64,000 nucleotides of DNA from contig NW_021833914.1 of the NCBI RefSeq assembly GCF_006345805.1, positions 21,120 to 85,119 of the forward strand, given 5' to 3'. Origin of the DNA: Octopus sinensis (lineage: Eukaryota). Below, piece after piece: positions 63,085 through 64,000 of this stretch. Position numbers and translations under genes: made by a program. The notes beneath the pieces are model-generated. The model was given only the letters and a program-made list of their open reading frames with translations. It had not been told where the DNA came from and ran no database searches. The stretch's first letter is position 1, and each line of letters starts with the position of its first letter.

Positions 63085-64000
63085 TTGCCTGTCAATCCTA
63101 GCAGGAGATCTTAATGCCAAAATGTGAGTTATGGATGTGAAACTACGAATATGGATGGAACTGTCCTTGAGGACTTGGCCAGTAGCTTGGGTTTTTCGGT
63201 CTTTCTTTACATCGGAAGAACTGAATCATTATGCAGACAGAGGCAGGGCTGATCGCTTGGGTCTCTTTCTATGCTCGGCATCAATTAGTCCTTTATGTTA
63301 CATACCGAGGTTGGAAGCGGGCATTGGCTCTGACCACGTGCCGCAAACGATGTTGATAAAGATGACTATGAATGTTACGGAGGACTTGTTCATTGGTTAC
63401 ACCTCGTGAACATGAACTGGAGTTTATTCGAATCATATATGCGGGATTCTCTTCGAAATGTCGTGTCCCAGCCTCTGAGAAGCAGAGATGATATTGACAA
63501 TCTCGATGATCACCTTAGATCGTCAATCATAAATTCCTGGATGTTTATGCATTAAAAATGTATGGAAACCCAAGGAACGCAAAAGCGGATGAATTTGAAA
63601 CTTGTCACTCTGATCAGAACGAAAGGTACCCTGGAAAATCGCAGGAGAAGATTTCGGGTTGAGTCAATCAAATGCCGCCTGAAATTGGAGATCGACAAGA
63701 TAATCTCTACTATTGCAAAATGGCCAAGACTGAGGTCGAAAGTAAATGGAGGTCTGAATGCAGAAAACTGGATAAGCGAAACCCTAATTCTGGAAAGCAT
63801 ATCAACGCCTTACCAGAAATGATGCCAAAGGATTTGAAATTTCACTAAAAGAACCAGACGGGAAATATATCTCCTCTGATCGTATCCCGGAAGTACTCAG
63901 GACCAACTTAGTCAGGTTCAAGAGGTCGAATCTACCGTTCCACGAGGGACTTATGCCGAATTGTGAAGAAGCTTGGCTCTTCGCAATTATCGGAGGGACC
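63085..64000 (+). mobile_element. LINE fragment: AP-endonuclease end and linker, running off the window
   Basis: ILAGDLNAK..TNMDG..LFLCS..GIGSDHVP; related to 37700-38300. Confidence 0.8.

Overview
AT-rich eukaryotic (metazoan) nuclear DNA, not prokaryotic. It carries about 11 recognisable host genes, nearly all cut by tiny spliceosomal introns of 24-33 nt: CCDC180-like 3' end, RING-H2 ligase, TTC1, a divergent p120/delta-catenin, a PAR/NFIL3-type bZIP, an RPRD/CID protein, EXOC7, a CREB3/ATF6-like membrane bZIP, ACY1, a GABPA-type ETS factor, POLR2D and TIA1/TIAL1. Animal-specific genes, a cilia gene and mini-introns suggest a reduced parasite such as a dicyemid (inference). The genes sit in a dense transposon graveyard: CRE, RTE, R4/Dong-like and Jockey/I/Ingi-like LINE fragments, Buster-type hATs, Tc1, Ginger2/Tdd elements and a Helitron holding a ~94-bp tandem array. 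Most notable: hAT and Ginger transposase genes themselves carry host-sized 24-30 nt introns, two of which have been hit by younger elements; two multi-level nests can be reconstructed from TIRs and TSDs; there is a GC-AG mini-intron and several stop-free 3n mini-introns; and several housekeeping genes show clustered homopolymer frameshifts, most likely assembly errors. All family assignments come from motif recognition by eye; no database search was run.
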